DNA of 64,000 nucleotides from a candidate division WWE3 bacterium RIFOXYC1_FULL_40_10 (GCA_001773215.1 MEWB01000001.1:5964-69963), one strand, 5' to 3'. Positions 8,357 to 19,329 are shown, counted from the stretch's first letter. A program made the numbers and translations. The notes: generated from the letters alone by a model not told the origin.

Positions 8357-9355
8357 ATGACAAAAAAACGCATACTTACGGGAGATAATCCTACCGGCAA
8401 GCTACATTTGGGCCATTATGTAGGATCACTAAAAAACAGGATTCGTCTTCAGGATGAATATGAGACTTTTATCATAATCGCCGATTCACACGCTTTTGCT
8501 TATCCAAAGTACGTTGCCAGCCCGGAAATTGTAGCTGATGGTGTGCTTCAGGTAACCATGGATAACTTAGCAATTGGCCTGGATCCTACAAAGGTTACAT
8601 TTTTTGCCGAATCAGGTATTCCTGAAATTTACGAATTAGGATTTTTGCTCAGCATGCTTGTATCACATAATAGAGCACTTAGGAATCCAACACTAAAAGA
8701 AGAAATAAAAGATAAAAATATGGGAGATAATTACTCCCTTGGCTTTGTGAACTTTCCAATAATGCAAGCCGCAGATATTTTGTGTGTTAACGCACATCTA
8801 GTTCCGGTTGGTGAGGACCAGCTTCCACATGTTGAGCTCACTCGGGAAGTTGCCCGCAAGTTCAATTCCACCTATGGTGAGGTGTTTGTAGAGCCCGAAG
8901 GCTTAGTTGGCGAGGTTAAGCGATTGGTTGGCACCGACGGTAATGCCAAAATGACAAAATCTCTTGGTAACACAATTTTTTTGAGTGAGACCGAAGCAGA
9001 ACTGAAAAGAAAAATATCAAGCATGTATACCGACCCCAGCCGTATCCATCCTACAGATCCCGGCAGAGTAGAAGGCAACCCGGTTTTTATCTATCATGAT
9101 GCTTTTAATTCGAATAGAGAAGAAGTTGAAGATTTAAAAGGCAGGTACAAAACTGGAAAAGTGGGGGATGTGGAAGTGAAAGACAAGCTTTTTAAGGTGT
9201 TAAACGAGTTGATTGCACCTATCCGCGAAAAGCGAGCTTATTATGAAGCTCATCAGGATGAGGTAAAAGAAATAATCGCACATGGCACTGCCAAAACCCG
9301 CGCGGAAACCCAGAAAACCCTAAACAGTGTACTAGAGAAGATTCAATTAAGATAG
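8357..9355 (+). CDS. trpS: Tryptophan--tRNA ligase
   Basis: TGKLHLGH (HIGH), VPVGEDQLPH, KMTKS (KMSKS). Confidence 0.97.
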   Translation: MTKKRILTGDNPTGKLHLGHYVGSLKNRIRLQDEYETFIIIADSHAFAYPKYVASPEIVADGVLQVTMDNLAIGLDPTKVTFFAESGIPEIYELGFLLSMLVSHNRALRNPTLKEEIKDKNMGDNYSLGFVNFPIMQAADILCVNAHLVPVGEDQLPHVELTREVARKFNSTYGEVFVEPEGLVGEVKRLVGTDGNAKMTKSLGNTIFLSETEAELKRKISSMYTDPSRIHPTDPGRVEGNPVFIYHDAFNSNREEVEDLKGRYKTGKVGDVEVKDKLFKVLNELIAPIREKRAYYEAHQDEVKEIIAHGTAKTRAETQKTLNSVLEKIQLR

Positions 9356-9359
9356 GTTT

Positions 9360-10226
9360 TTAAAAAATTGAGGCAACGATCTCTCTATCATCCGGATCTA
9401 CCTTTTCGCGTTCCAGTTTAGCCAGTTTTTCCATTTCCATAGCGGCCTCTTTTATCTTTGGGCCAAGATGTAATCGATCACCGCTTCGAGTTATATCAAA
9501 GCGTATTATTGTAGTTGTGGCATCGTAGCTGTAAAAATCTGATGGGAGGTTTCGCTGCTTAGGATCGCTATAATCTCTATCCAAATGTGTGAACACAGCC
9601 GAAGTTAGTCCTTCCTTAGCCCTTTCTAAGGCACTATGCAGTTCGTCTGGATTATATTTATTAAGTGGGGGGTTATTATAAGAGTCAAGTTTTTTATCAG
9701 AGAAATAGTCGCTTCTTGGAGCAGACACAAGCAGGTAAGTTCCTTCTGGGCTTAATAAAACCCTGGCCCTATAGAAGGGCTTACTGGGTCTGCCATCCGC
9801 TTGAACATATCCTTTTTCGTCGACAGCGCTCATCCCGTGATCATGTACGAAACCGTTTATCTCAATAGGAGTTTTCGACTTGTACCAATCCTTGCCATCT
9901 GCATCGACATACTTTTCGAATAAGTAGGGAGCGTGTTCTAAGAATGCCTCATTAATTGCCTCAAATTTCCTGTGTGTTTCGTCTAAACCAGTTTCATGCT
10001 GCTTTAGTAACTCAGTTTCTCTGGCCAATCCTGCTTTCATCCCTTGATATTGCATGGTATTAGCAATGTCGTGAGCTACTTCAGGGTCCTTTACCCACCC
10101 TGCTGGTAGTGGGACTATTGTTGCCACCTTGCTTTTTCCCTCATCCACCCAGTTGCCAATTTGCATACATTCACCTTCTTGAGTATAAAAATCTGGGTTT
10201 GGTTTTTCTTTGGTTTCATTGGGCAT
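9360..10226 (-). CDS. Hypothetical protein
   Basis: 288-aa ORF, no recognised motif. Confidence 0.65.
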   Translation of the reverse strand: MPNETKEKPNPDFYTQEGECMQIGNWVDEGKSKVATIVPLPAGWVKDPEVAHDIANTMQYQGMKAGLARETELLKQHETGLDETHRKFEAINEAFLEHAPYLFEKYVDADGKDWYKSKTPIEINGFVHDHGMSAVDEKGYVQADGRPSKPFYRARVLLSPEGTYLLVSAPRSDYFSDKKLDSYNNPPLNKYNPDELHSALERAKEGLTSAVFTHLDRDYSDPKQRNLPSDFYSYDATTTIIRFDITRSGDRLHLGPKIKEAAMEMEKLAKLEREKVDPDDREIVASIF

Positions 10227-10316
10227 TAATAATTATCGTAATATTTCCTATTAATTGTCAACAAGGGTGAGACCTAGCTACTGGGTGAGATCCTTAATGG
10301 TATAATTTGCTACGTT

Positions 10317-12164
10317 ATGCCTAAGAAACCTATAAAACCTAAAAATATGTTATATATGGGCGGAAGACCAAGCAAAAACATATTTAATAATATTTTCTTC
10401 TACATATTTATCGCATTGGCAATTTATATACTTGTTACCTCAGTTGGAAACGGTTTGGCCACCTCAGGAGAGCAGATCCCTGTTGGGCAATTTATAAAAT
10501 TGCTAAGAGAACAAAAAGTTCAAAATGTAACCATAGCCGGAGACCGTGCCGAGATACTATTAAAAGACGGTACCAAGCTTGTTACAGAAAAAGAGAGTTC
10601 CATAAGTTTTGATGACATATTTAAAAACAATCAGATTGATACCGCAGTAATTGAAGGCGAGCTAAAAGTAGAGCACAGAATCGGCTGGGAAGATGTGTTG
10701 TCTCCTTTGCTTATGTTCGGATTCCCTATTTTACTTTTGTTATTTCTATTTAGACAAATGAAAGGCGCAAGCGGGGATATTATGTCTTTTGGAAAATCGC
10801 GAGCTAAAGTATTTAACAAAAAATTAAGCTCCCAGATAACTTTTAAAGATATAGCAGGTAACGACGAAGCCAAACAAGACATGATGGAAATTGTCGACTT
10901 TTTAAAACAGCCCAAAAAGTATCGAAAACTTGGAGCACGTACACCAAAAGGGGTTTTACTGGTCGGACCTTCGGGAGTTGGAAAAACTCTACTTGCAAAA
11001 GCTATTGCCGGTGAGGCAGGAGTACCGTTTTTTAGCGTAGCCGGAAGTGAGTTTATGGAAATGCTGGTTGGGGTTGGTTCTTCGCGAGTGAGAGATCTTT
11101 TTAATAACGCTAGGCAAAGCCAACCTTCCCTAATATTTATCGATGAAATTGATGCAATTGGCCGCCAACGAGGAATGGGAATTGGCGGGGGGCATGATGA
11201 GCGTGAGCAAACGTTAAACCAAATCTTAATCGAAATGGACGGTTTTGATACTCGTACCGATGTTATCGTAATTGCAGCAACCAACCGACCCGATATGCTA
11301 GACCCGGCTTTGGTGCGCCCGGGGCGCTTTGATAGAAAAATAAATATCCCTTTGCCGGATTTAAAAGCCAGAGAAGAGATAATAAAAATTCATATGAGAG
11401 GCAAGCCGTTTGTGGAAGGGGTAGATGTTGTAAGGATTGCTAGAAAAACGGTTGGATTTAGCGGTGCAGATATTGAAAACATGATTAACGAGGCCGCTAT
11501 AAAAGCGGCGAGAGAAGACCGAGATAAAGTTAATGCTGCGGATGTAGACGAAGCTTCGTTAAAAGTAACAATGGGGTCGGAGAGAAAAACTTTACAAACC
11601 GAAGAAGAACGCCAAATGACAGCTTATCATGAGGCAGGGCATGCTTTAGTGGCGGCAACGGTTCCCGATATGGATCCGGTACAAAGAGTTTCGATTGTAG
11701 CTCGTGGTGGCTCATTAGGTCACACAAGTATTTCACCTGATAGAGATAGATATAACGAGACAAAAACCCGATTACTATCAACTATCGCTACTATGTTAGG
11801 CGGACGCGCGGCTGAGGAAGTTGTATATCACGAGCAAACGGTTGGCGCGGGTGACGACATAAAAAAAGCTACGTCACTGGCACGACGCATGGTTACTGAA
11901 TTTGGCATGAGCGACCTTGGTCCTATCATGTATGATACCCGAGAGGACTCTATTTGGCTTGCCCGTGAGCTTGGAGAAGCCCATAGATTAAGCGAGAAGA
12001 CGTCAGCGCAGGTTGATGATAAAGTGAAAGAGATTGTTGATTCATGCTACGCCGGGGCCAAGAGTGTTTTAGAAGATAAACGAAAAACTTTAGACAGAAT
12101 TGCCAAAGCTTTGATGGAAAAAGAAACCATTGATCAGGACGAATTTGAAAAACTGATTAAATAA
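10317..12164 (+). CDS. ftsH: ATP-dependent zinc metalloprotease FtsH
   Basis: Two TM helices, [17 protein letters not shown] region, HEAGH. Confidence 0.98.
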   Translation: MPKKPIKPKNMLYMGGRPSKNIFNNIFFYIFIALAIYILVTSVGNGLATSGEQIPVGQFIKLLREQKVQNVTIAGDRAEILLKDGTKLVTEKESSISFDDIFKNNQIDTAVIEGELKVEHRIGWEDVLSPLLMFGFPILLLLFLFRQMKGASGDIMSFGKSRAKVFNKKLSSQITFKDIAGNDEAKQDMMEIVDFLKQPKKYRKLGARTPKGVLLVGPSGVGKTLLAKAIAGEAGVPFFSVAGSEFMEMLVGVGSSRVRDLFNNARQSQPSLIFIDEIDAIGRQRGMGIGGGHDEREQTLNQILIEMDGFDTRTDVIVIAATNRPDMLDPALVRPGRFDRKINIPLPDLKAREEIIKIHMRGKPFVEGVDVVRIARKTVGFSGADIENMINEAAIKAAREDRDKVNAADVDEASLKVTMGSERKTLQTEEERQMTAYHEAGHALVAATVPDMDPVQRVSIVARGGSLGHTSISPDRDRYNETKTRLLSTIATMLGGRAAEEVVYHEQTVGAGDDIKKATSLARRMVTEFGMSDLGPIMYDTREDSIWLARELGEAHRLSEKTSAQVDDKVKEIVDSCYAGAKSVLEDKRKTLDRIAKALMEKETIDQDEFEKLIK

Positions 12165-12209
12165 GGATAAAATCCCGCTAGATAAATAATATACGTACCG
12201 GAGGGTGAG

Positions 12210-12611
12210 ATGAACGACAAAACAAGAAGGTTGTATTTCAACGTCGTGGGTGTTTTGTGGCTAGCAGTATTGGATTTCGGGGTCCTCATAATTTACCGTG
12301 AGGTTTGGGTGTTTATCTACACACTTGTGATGTTTGCTATTTCTTTCCTGGCGGTCTGGGCCTACAGCATTACCAGTATTTTATGGTGCAGACATTTCGG
12401 CGAGGACAACGCTCAGATCTACATAGTTTTTCTGATTTATCCTATAACGCTATTTGTTAACGCCCTTTTTCTTAAACTGCTCGGAAGCTCTTGGGAAAGC
12501 GCGCTGATGTGGTCTATTGCGATATCTATTGTGCAATGGGGATACAGACTTATTTTTGCAAAGTCGCTAGATGAAAAACTTGAACCAGTTTTGACGAGGA
12601 GGAAGCGATGA
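12210..12611 (+). CDS. Small membrane hypothetical protein
   Basis: Four hydrophobic segments; SD GGAGG. Confidence 0.65.
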   Translation: MNDKTRRLYFNVVGVLWLAVLDFGVLIIYREVWVFIYTLVMFAISFLAVWAYSITSILWCRHFGEDNAQIYIVFLIYPITLFVNALFLKLLGSSWESALMWSIAISIVQWGYRLIFAKSLDEKLEPVLTRRKR

Positions 12612-12910
12612 TATTTGCATATGTACCAAGATTATCCAGGCATGTGTCTCAGGTTGAAGTGTTAGTTAAAGTTGTGCCGACCCTTGTGGAATCAAATATA
12701 CCGGGAGATTTAAGGCTGGTGTTATACATTAGTAAAACGCTGACGGGATTAACAAGCCTTTTCCTGGAGGAAGCACTCGTAAGGGCCAGAATCTCATATC
12801 GTGTGCGTAGAGATAGAGACGCTACAACGCGTTATATTTTTAGTGAGGGTGTTACAGCAAAGGAAGTAATAGTTATCTTGTTTGATGTAAAAAACCCATA
12901 TGCTCGGTGA
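12608..12910 (+). CDS. Hypothetical protein
   Basis: ATGA overlap with the upstream gene; SD GAGGAGG. Confidence 0.55.
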   Translation: MIFAYVPRLSRHVSQVEVLVKVVPTLVESNIPGDLRLVLYISKTLTGLTSLFLEEALVRARISYRVRRDRDATTRYIFSEGVTAKEVIVILFDVKNPYAR

Positions 12911-12930
12911 GAAGACGATTGGAGGAAACT

Positions 12931-13200
12931 ATGAGTAACAAGCAAAAGCAGGTAATTTCCGGTTTTGTCGTGTTCGTTTGTTTGGTGTGTGGACCTATTT
13001 TCGGTTTAATTGTCAACAATTTTTCCCGAATGAACTGCGAGGTTCCATCGGGATTATGGCTTAACGCCGATAAATGTATCGAAATGGCTGATAAAATGCG
13101 CCTTTGGTACGCAGCCGGAGCCACAGGTTTCTGTTGCTTTGGTGGGTTTATGGTTCTGCTCGTTTTTTGGATACTCTTGAGCGGAAAAACTCGGTCATAG
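12931..13200 (+). CDS. Small two-TM hypothetical protein
   Basis: SD GGAGGA, ATG 12931, Cys pair in the loop. Confidence 0.6.
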   Translation: MSNKQKQVISGFVVFVCLVCGPIFGLIVNNFSRMNCEVPSGLWLNADKCIEMADKMRLWYAAGATGFCCFGGFMVLLVFWILLSGKTRS

Positions 13201-13211
13201 GTGAGATCTGA

Positions 13212-13247
13212 CCCCGGTAAGCTAATTGCTCAACCGGGGTTTTTTTT
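13212..13247 (+). terminator. Intrinsic terminator
   Basis: ccccggt...accgggg stem followed by a T-run. Confidence 0.7.
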
Positions 13248-13268
13248 GTGTACAATAGCTATACCTAT

Positions 13269-14048
13269 ATGAGAAACAATCAAAGCAAGTTACAACACAA
13301 TCCGAAATCTCTGATATTAGAAAAGGGATATATAAACATTTACTCAGAATTAAACTCCAAAGAAAAATTACAAATTCAGAAGAAAATTATACATAAACAA
13401 AAACATCCTGAATGGGAAGAAACTATGGTTTTTATTACTAATAAATTCGCGGAGCTTGTTCCTCAAGATTCTGTAGTTCTGGATGCAGGCTGCGGTAATG
13501 GTAACTACGTTATAGATGAAAATCGAGAGCGAATAAAATGGGCAGTAGGCGTAGATGTTATGCAAGAATCGGTTGTGAAAAACATTTGCTTAGATGAAAT
13601 TAAAATAACCAATCTTGAAACACTGCCTTTTGAGAATAGCTCCTTTGACGCAGTAGTTAGCTTGTGGGTGTTTGAGCATTTAGAACGTCCCCAAAAAGTA
13701 GTTTCCGAAATACATCGAGTGCTAAAGCCAGGCGGGTATTTTTTTATGTGTACACCGAACAAAAGTTTTCTTCCCATTGCCGTGTTGCGCATTCTAAAGA
13801 GTCGTGGTGTAAATTACTTTTTGAACAAGATGTTGTTTGGTAGAGAAGAAAAAGACGTTTTTGAAACCTATTATAGAGCCAATACTTTGAGCGATATCAA
13901 AAAGCTGGTTAATGACGGTTTCACATTGGAGACACTGAAGTTAAATTACGATCCTTCCTATTTTATTCCAAATATAGGAGCAGCTCCTACGTTGCCACAT
14001 ATACTGGGAATTTGGCGTTGCCACAAACCTTTGGCGGGAGAGGTCTAG
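13269..14048 (+). CDS. Class I SAM-dependent methyltransferase
   Basis: VLDAGCGNG, LPFENSSFD, EIHRVLKPGG. Confidence 0.88.
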   Translation: MRNNQSKLQHNPKSLILEKGYINIYSELNSKEKLQIQKKIIHKQKHPEWEETMVFITNKFAELVPQDSVVLDAGCGNGNYVIDENRERIKWAVGVDVMQESVVKNICLDEIKITNLETLPFENSSFDAVVSLWVFEHLERPQKVVSEIHRVLKPGGYFFMCTPNKSFLPIAVLRILKSRGVNYFLNKMLFGREEKDVFETYYRANTLSDIKKLVNDGFTLETLKLNYDPSYFIPNIGAAPTLPHILGIWRCHKPLAGEV

Positions 14049-14133
14049 TGTTGGAGCTGCTCTAGAAAGTGACGTAACCTATAGATGGTGATATAATCCG
14101 GATAACAAACCCCTCAATAAGTAAGGAGCTAAT

Positions 14134-14394
14134 ATGGCGTCTGTCATGGTAGCAAGGTCTGTGGAAGAAGTCTCCCGCAGGCAGATACATATCGTAAGGA
14201 AGTTCGCCGAATTGTGTGTATTTATACCAGATACAATTCCAGAAGATACAGTGCGGTCGACATGTGAGCGCATTAGAAAAGAGCTTCACACCGAAAGGAT
14301 TGAATACCAAAAGGTTGGCTTTTTCTGGACGTTTACTCTAGGTATACGGCCTGAAGCAATCCCTACGGTTAGAATTATTCTTCAAGAAATTTAG
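14134..14394 (+). CDS. Hypothetical protein
   Basis: 86 aa; SD AAGGAG; TATAAT upstream; hairpin after the stop. Confidence 0.55.
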   Translation: MASVMVARSVEEVSRRQIHIVRKFAELCVFIPDTIPEDTVRSTCERIRKELHTERIEYQKVGFFWTFTLGIRPEAIPTVRIILQEI

Positions 14395-14477
14395 TGCAGT
14401 CAAGGTCGAATCGAGCATAGGTTCGGCCTTATTTCCACAAGCTTGACAAAGGCTATAGGACCTGGTATACTGCTTCC

Positions 14478-14625
14478 AGTACTTTGAAAACCTAATAGTA
14501 GAAACCAATAACGCCTTGTCTATGGACGAGCACTTCAGGAATGGTCTTATTACTTTAATAAGCCCGAAGTAGCTGTGAATTCATAGAATTTATAACCGGC
14601 CAGGAACTTGCCGGTTTTATTTGTT
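14478..14625 (+). ncRNA. Candidate small structured RNA or leader with a boxA-like element
   Basis: TTGACA-17-TATACT promoter at 14443-14471; long interrupted hairpin 14519-14587; terminator 14594-14625. Confidence 0.4.
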
Positions 14626-14706
14626 TATGGGGCGTTTTTTCTATTTCTAAATATATTCAACCCGGCAACCAAGCCGGTTTTTTTATACCCAAAAAAGGAG
14701 ATTAAG

Positions 14707-14934
14707 ATGGACAGGAGGAGACTAAGAGATATAACAGGGCAATTTACTGGGTTGGGCCTCGTATTTTGGGCGTGCATGATGGTTGGGCTAATAACTCTTT
14801 TGATTGCTATGGTAATTGGGGTAAAGTCAGAGGTTTGGCAGGCGGTTGCGTTCTTTGTTGGTTTTTGTGGATTGGTTCCCGGAATTGTGTTGGGGGTCAT
14901 AATTTCTTACAAGATTCACGATCGTAATCACTAA
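14707..14934 (+). CDS. Small two-TM hypothetical protein
   Basis: SD AAAGGAG, ATG 14707. Confidence 0.6.
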   Translation: MDRRRLRDITGQFTGLGLVFWACMMVGLITLLIAMVIGVKSEVWQAVAFFVGFCGLVPGIVLGVIISYKIHDRNH

Positions 14935-14957
14935 AGACAAGAAAAAAGGAGAGAAAG

Positions 14958-15344
14958 ATGAAAGCTATTCGTGGGATCATTTTTGTATCGTTTCTGGTGA
15001 TGGCGGGAGTAATGATCATGTGGTCGCTCATGTCGAGCGAGGATTTCAGCAACTTGGCCAGAAAACTTGGGTCTTTTGGATGCGCCATTGTTTTCTCGGG
15101 TATGATTACCCTCCCCATAGTAGCTGGGTTTGCCCGGATTTTTAAGGACTCCCCGCTATTAGCTGTGATGTTGATAGCTGTGTGGATTCTTGCTCTAATC
15201 GGCATAATGGCATCCACCCTGCCCTCTGTTATAGAAGCCCTGAAGTTAACACCTGGCGAAAGTGATTGGATGTTTCCAGGGATAATCCTTGGAGTATGTT
15301 TTTCTGGGGTAGGCCAGATGATAAAGCTGTATCGGTTACTCTGA
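14958..15344 (+). CDS. Small membrane hypothetical protein
   Basis: Four TM-like segments; SD AAAGGAG; terminator at 15357-15400. Confidence 0.65.
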   Translation: MKAIRGIIFVSFLVMAGVMIMWSLMSSEDFSNLARKLGSFGCAIVFSGMITLPIVAGFARIFKDSPLLAVMLIAVWILALIGIMASTLPSVIEALKLTPGESDWMFPGIILGVCFSGVGQMIKLYRLL

Positions 15345-15415
15345 CAACTTAGTATTTAGCTGGGTTTTGGCGAATTTTCACCAATACCCAGCTTTTTTTG
15401 TTGTAGAATGTATCA

Positions 15416-16336
15416 ATGGAAAAACTATTACTGATAGATACATTTAACTTTTTGCATCGCGCTTACCATGCGCTGCCAAAAACCTTTAAAGCCATTAATG
15501 GAGAACCCACCAACGCTGTTTATGGAGTTACTTCTATGTTAATCACTGCTTTTGCCCAAATTAAGCCAAACTATGTTGTGGCGGCTTTTGAAAGCCGAAC
15601 ACCAACTGCGCGTGTGATTGATTACACAAGCTATAAAGCACATCGAAAGCCCATGGAAGATGATTTAAGTGTTCAGATCCCCAAAGTAGAGGAAATAATG
15701 CAGGCCTTTGGTATAAAAATGATAAGTTTCGATGGATTTGAAGCAGATGATGTAATTGCCACTTTAGCAGTAAAGTACAAGGATGAGGTGGAGGTGATAA
15801 TAATATCGAATGATAGGGATTTGTGGCAACTGGTTTCTAACAATGTTTTGATAATGCTGCCCAATACTAAAGGTGATACCGAGTGGATTGGGCCTAAGGA
15901 AGCCGAGGCACGCATGGGATTTCCACCCAGCCTGATTGCCGACTATAAAGGTTTGCGTGGCGATCCAAGCGATAATTTGCCCGGGGTTTATGGTATAGGT
16001 GAAAAAACAGCTCAAAAACTTCTAACACAATTTGGTTCTTTTGATAATATTTATCTAAATCTGAAAAGTGTTGAGCCCTTCTCGTTACGGGAAAAGCTGG
16101 AAAATTGCTACGAACAGGCGGTAATGAGCAGAAATCTTGCCAAACTACATTACGATGTACCACTGGATGCTAAACTCGAAGACTGTAGGTATAAGGAGGT
16201 CAACAAGTTAAAGGTAAAAGAAATCTTAGAGAAGTATAATTTTAAGTCGTTGGTAAGACGAATGGGGTTTGAACCCAACCCGGATTCAAGGGAAAAGGCC
16301 CCACCGAAAATCGATAATCAGCTGCCCCTTATATGA
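15416..16336 (+). CDS. Stand-alone 5'-3' exonuclease / flap endonuclease (PolA N-terminal domain family)
   Basis: LLLIDT, YKAHR, FEADDVIATL, DRDL, GDPSDNLPGV, GIGEKTA. Confidence 0.93.
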   Translation: MEKLLLIDTFNFLHRAYHALPKTFKAINGEPTNAVYGVTSMLITAFAQIKPNYVVAAFESRTPTARVIDYTSYKAHRKPMEDDLSVQIPKVEEIMQAFGIKMISFDGFEADDVIATLAVKYKDEVEVIIISNDRDLWQLVSNNVLIMLPNTKGDTEWIGPKEAEARMGFPPSLIADYKGLRGDPSDNLPGVYGIGEKTAQKLLTQFGSFDNIYLNLKSVEPFSLREKLENCYEQAVMSRNLAKLHYDVPLDAKLEDCRYKEVNKLKVKEILEKYNFKSLVRRMGFEPNPDSREKAPPKIDNQLPLI

Positions 16337-16980
16337 TAAAAATAAATGAAAACGCAGAAAAAATAGCCCAAATCTTCGTAAAAACTTATCCTAATCCCAA
16401 GTCAGAGCTGCTCTATTCAAATGAGTTCCAGTTTTTTGTTGCGGTTTGTCTTTCGGCGCAAACAACAGATAAGAAGGTAAATCAAGTTACAGAACATCTG
16501 TTTAAGAAGTATAAAGGCTGGGAGGATTTAGCAGGAGCAGCTCTAACGCTAGAGCAGCTCCGGAAAGATATCCATGGGGTAAATTTCCACATTGGGAAAG
16601 CAGAACGGTTAGTAAAGGCTTCTCAAATGGTTATTGCCGATTTCGGAGGTGAATTGCCTCATACCATGGCCCAGCTAGTAAGAATTCCCGGAGTAGCTAG
16701 AAAGACTGCCAATGTGCTGTTAAATGATTTGTGGGAAATCGCCGAAGGAATTGTGGTTGATACTCATGTTACTCGAGTGTCAACTAGGCTGGGATTGACT
16801 GAAGAAAAAGACGCTGTAAAAATTGAGCGAGACCTGATGCAAGTATTCGCCAAAAAATACTGGAGTAATTTATCCAATTCCATTGTGTTACACGGCAGAT
16901 ACGTGTGTATGGCCAAAAATCCAAAGTGCGCGGCGTGTGTTTTGAATAAGGTGTGCCCAAGTGCATTTTCCTTTGAATAG
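16333..16980 (+). CDS. nth: Endonuclease III
   Basis: SAQTTD, PGVARKTAN HhH, VDTHV, C-x6-C-x2-C-x5-C 4Fe-4S motif. Confidence 0.96.
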   Translation: MIKINENAEKIAQIFVKTYPNPKSELLYSNEFQFFVAVCLSAQTTDKKVNQVTEHLFKKYKGWEDLAGAALTLEQLRKDIHGVNFHIGKAERLVKASQMVIADFGGELPHTMAQLVRIPGVARKTANVLLNDLWEIAEGIVVDTHVTRVSTRLGLTEEKDAVKIERDLMQVFAKKYWSNLSNSIVLHGRYVCMAKNPKCAACVLNKVCPSAFSFE

Positions 16981-17039
16981 TGTTATATAATTAAACTCAG
17001 GTCTCCTAAAAACGCAAATTTTAGAACGTGGAGGGTGCT

Positions 17040-17255
17040 ATGTGCTTTCCTATTACTAGTTCGGGAAATGCCTCGGCGGTTTTGAACTATCTCTTGTGGT
17101 CTTGCGACATGGAAGAAGTAACCATAAAAGAGGTGATGGTTACTAGTCATCCGGGAAATCCTTGTTTGATAGACTTTTTGTTGTCTCTCGGCGATACGCA
17201 AGTTACGGTGGTGATAAGCTCTAAATCTACAGCGAGAGTTAAAATACTGTCCTAG
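17040..17255 (+). CDS. Small hypothetical protein
   Basis: SD GGAGG, ATG 17040, TATAAT upstream. Confidence 0.4.
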   Translation: MCFPITSSGNASAVLNYLLWSCDMEEVTIKEVMVTSHPGNPCLIDFLLSLGDTQVTVVISSKSTARVKILS

Positions 17256-17277
17256 TTGTTAAGGGGAACTATTTAGA

Positions 17278-18240
17278 TTAATTAAGTTCAATCTCGATGG
17301 TTCCCGTAACTTTTGTGTTTTCGTCGAAATATGTCCACACAGTGTTGTTTTGAATGTTTCCTGTTAACCTAAATTCATAAGCTTCGTTTGGTTTTATTAC
17401 AGTACCGTTGGTGAAGGAATCCACCAAGTAGTCATTTTGGCTTAATTTAACGTCCTTATCTGAACTGTTGGTAATTCTAACTAGTTGACCTTTTTTGGCA
17501 ATGGTATCTGCAGGTGTAAAAAAGGATCCTGAGAATGATATTTCTTTTATTTCAAAGCTTTCACTAGAACTAGTTTCTACAACTTGTGGAGTTTGTTCCA
17601 CAGTTTTCTTTTCGATAATTTCTCTCACAACCTGTTCCAAATTTCCCTCAACTTGGGTTCCGTTTATTATAAAAGTGGGAGTTCCCTTTATGTTAATACT
17701 GTTTCCAAATGCTATGTCATCATTCACTTCTTTCTCGATTGCACTATCCTTTATATCGGCATCAAGCTTGGCGCCATCAACACCTAGTTCCAGTGCCAGT
17801 GATTTTATCTTTTCTTTACTTAGGCTATCCTGATTTTCGAAAAGGAGTTCTGCAAACTCCCAAAACTTTCCCTGTCGATTAACAGCTTGAGCTGCGATTG
17901 CCGCGGAACGGGCATTTTTGTGTTGGGGGAGTGGATAATGTCGGTATGCAACTCTTAGATCTTGAGGATATTTTTGGATCAAGCGCTTAATTATTGGATG
18001 ATATGACGCACAGGCGGGGCATTCGAAATCCGATATTTCTATTAAGGTTACTATTGGGTCGGATGATCCTGTAACCGGGGAGTAAGCCGTAATAAGTTCA
18101 GACTCTGAAAGGGGAATAAGTTTAGTGCTACCTAAAGGGCTTTGGGATCTGGCAAGTAAAATAATTATAAAAAACGAGGCGGCTGTGAAAAGCCCTATGT
18201 AAAATATAGGTTTATTACGAACAAAGAAATCTTTTATCAT
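17278..18240 (-). CDS. DsbA-family thioredoxin-fold protein with C-terminal beta-sandwich (cupredoxin-like) domain
   Basis: N-terminal TM helix, DFECPAC, YRHYPL, GTPTF. Confidence 0.88.
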   Translation of the reverse strand: MIKDFFVRNKPIFYIGLFTAASFFIIILLARSQSPLGSTKLIPLSESELITAYSPVTGSSDPIVTLIEISDFECPACASYHPIIKRLIQKYPQDLRVAYRHYPLPQHKNARSAAIAAQAVNRQGKFWEFAELLFENQDSLSKEKIKSLALELGVDGAKLDADIKDSAIEKEVNDDIAFGNSINIKGTPTFIINGTQVEGNLEQVVREIIEKKTVEQTPQVVETSSSESFEIKEISFSGSFFTPADTIAKKGQLVRITNSSDKDVKLSQNDYLVDSFTNGTVIKPNEAYEFRLTGNIQNNTVWTYFDENTKVTGTIEIELN

Positions 18241-18260
18241 CGGGTAGATTCTATCGCTTT

Positions 18261-19262
18261 TTAAGCTAAAGAGCTAATACATTCTTTACTTTGAAGTTCT
18301 TTATTTACTAGATATCTGGGAGGTTTTTGACCTATCAATACGTCTACAATGTTTTCTGCTGTCATTCGAGCCATTTGGATTCTGGCTTCCCAAGTGGCGC
18401 TGGCTATATGTGGCGTTAAAATCACATTCTGTAGGGCTAATAATTCTTTTTTGATAACAGGTTCTTTTTCAAACACATCAAGTGCCGCCCCCGCAATAAT
18501 GCCATTTTCAAGAGCTGTTGCCAGGGCCGCTTCATTCACAACCGGTCCCCTTGCTGTGTTAATTAAAAAGGCTAAAGGTTTCATTTTTTGAAACTCATTC
18601 TCGCCTATCAGATGTCTTGTATTGTCACATAAGTTGCAGTGGAGCGAAACAACGTCGCTGTTACCCAGCAATTCGTCAAGACTAGCTTTCTTAGCATTTA
18701 ACAGCATCTCTGCCTCGGGATGGGAAGCCGGATCAGTGTAAAGTATTTCCATATCCAGACCATATTTAGCCATCTTTGCAAAGTGCTGGCCAATTCTACC
18801 AAAGCCTATGATCCCTAAAGTTTTTCCCATCATCTTTGGGCCTATAAATCCAAGGGGATCCCAGTATTTGTAGTTGCCTTCTCTACAAAATCTATCAGCC
18901 TCAGATATTTTTCTGGCAAGTGCCATCATTAATGAAAATGCGTGTTCAGCAACAGATTCGGTTAAATCTCCCGGTGTGTTTGCGACGTAAATGCCCTTTT
19001 TAGTTGCCCATTCCGTATCGATATGATCAAACCCAACAGAGTAGGTTGCGATAAGTTTTAAACTGCGCCCTGCCTCCTTGATTATTTCTTTTGTAATTTG
19101 ATCGGGTATAACGGGAACAACAGCATCAACTCCTTTAATAGCCTTTGCTAGGGCGGCAGGAGTGAGTGGTTTACCTTGCCTGTAATCAATTTCGATTCCG
19201 CGGTACTGATGAAGAATGTTGATTCCGGCTTGTGGAATTTCTCTTGTGATCAAAACCCTCAC
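18261..19262 (-). CDS. D-isomer-specific 2-hydroxyacid dehydrogenase (glyoxylate/D-glycerate reductase type)
   Basis: GIIGFGRIG, INTARG, ALDVFEKEP, TPHIAS. Confidence 0.92.
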   Translation of the reverse strand: MRVLITREIPQAGINILHQYRGIEIDYRQGKPLTPAALAKAIKGVDAVVPVIPDQITKEIIKEAGRSLKLIATYSVGFDHIDTEWATKKGIYVANTPGDLTESVAEHAFSLMMALARKISEADRFCREGNYKYWDPLGFIGPKMMGKTLGIIGFGRIGQHFAKMAKYGLDMEILYTDPASHPEAEMLLNAKKASLDELLGNSDVVSLHCNLCDNTRHLIGENEFQKMKPLAFLINTARGPVVNEAALATALENGIIAGAALDVFEKEPVIKKELLALQNVILTPHIASATWEARIQMARMTAENIVDVLIGQKPPRYLVNKELQSKECISSLA

Positions 19263-19329
19263 ATGGAAATTGTACCAGTAAGGTCAGATCTTGTACAAGG
19301 TCTGACCCTGTATGTAATAATATAAATTA

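Noticed and set aside
10631-11284. 217-aa antisense ORF, and similar ones opposite clpC, rpsA, the CaCA antiporter, recF and mutM
   Set aside because: Antisense shadows of well-supported genes, with no motifs
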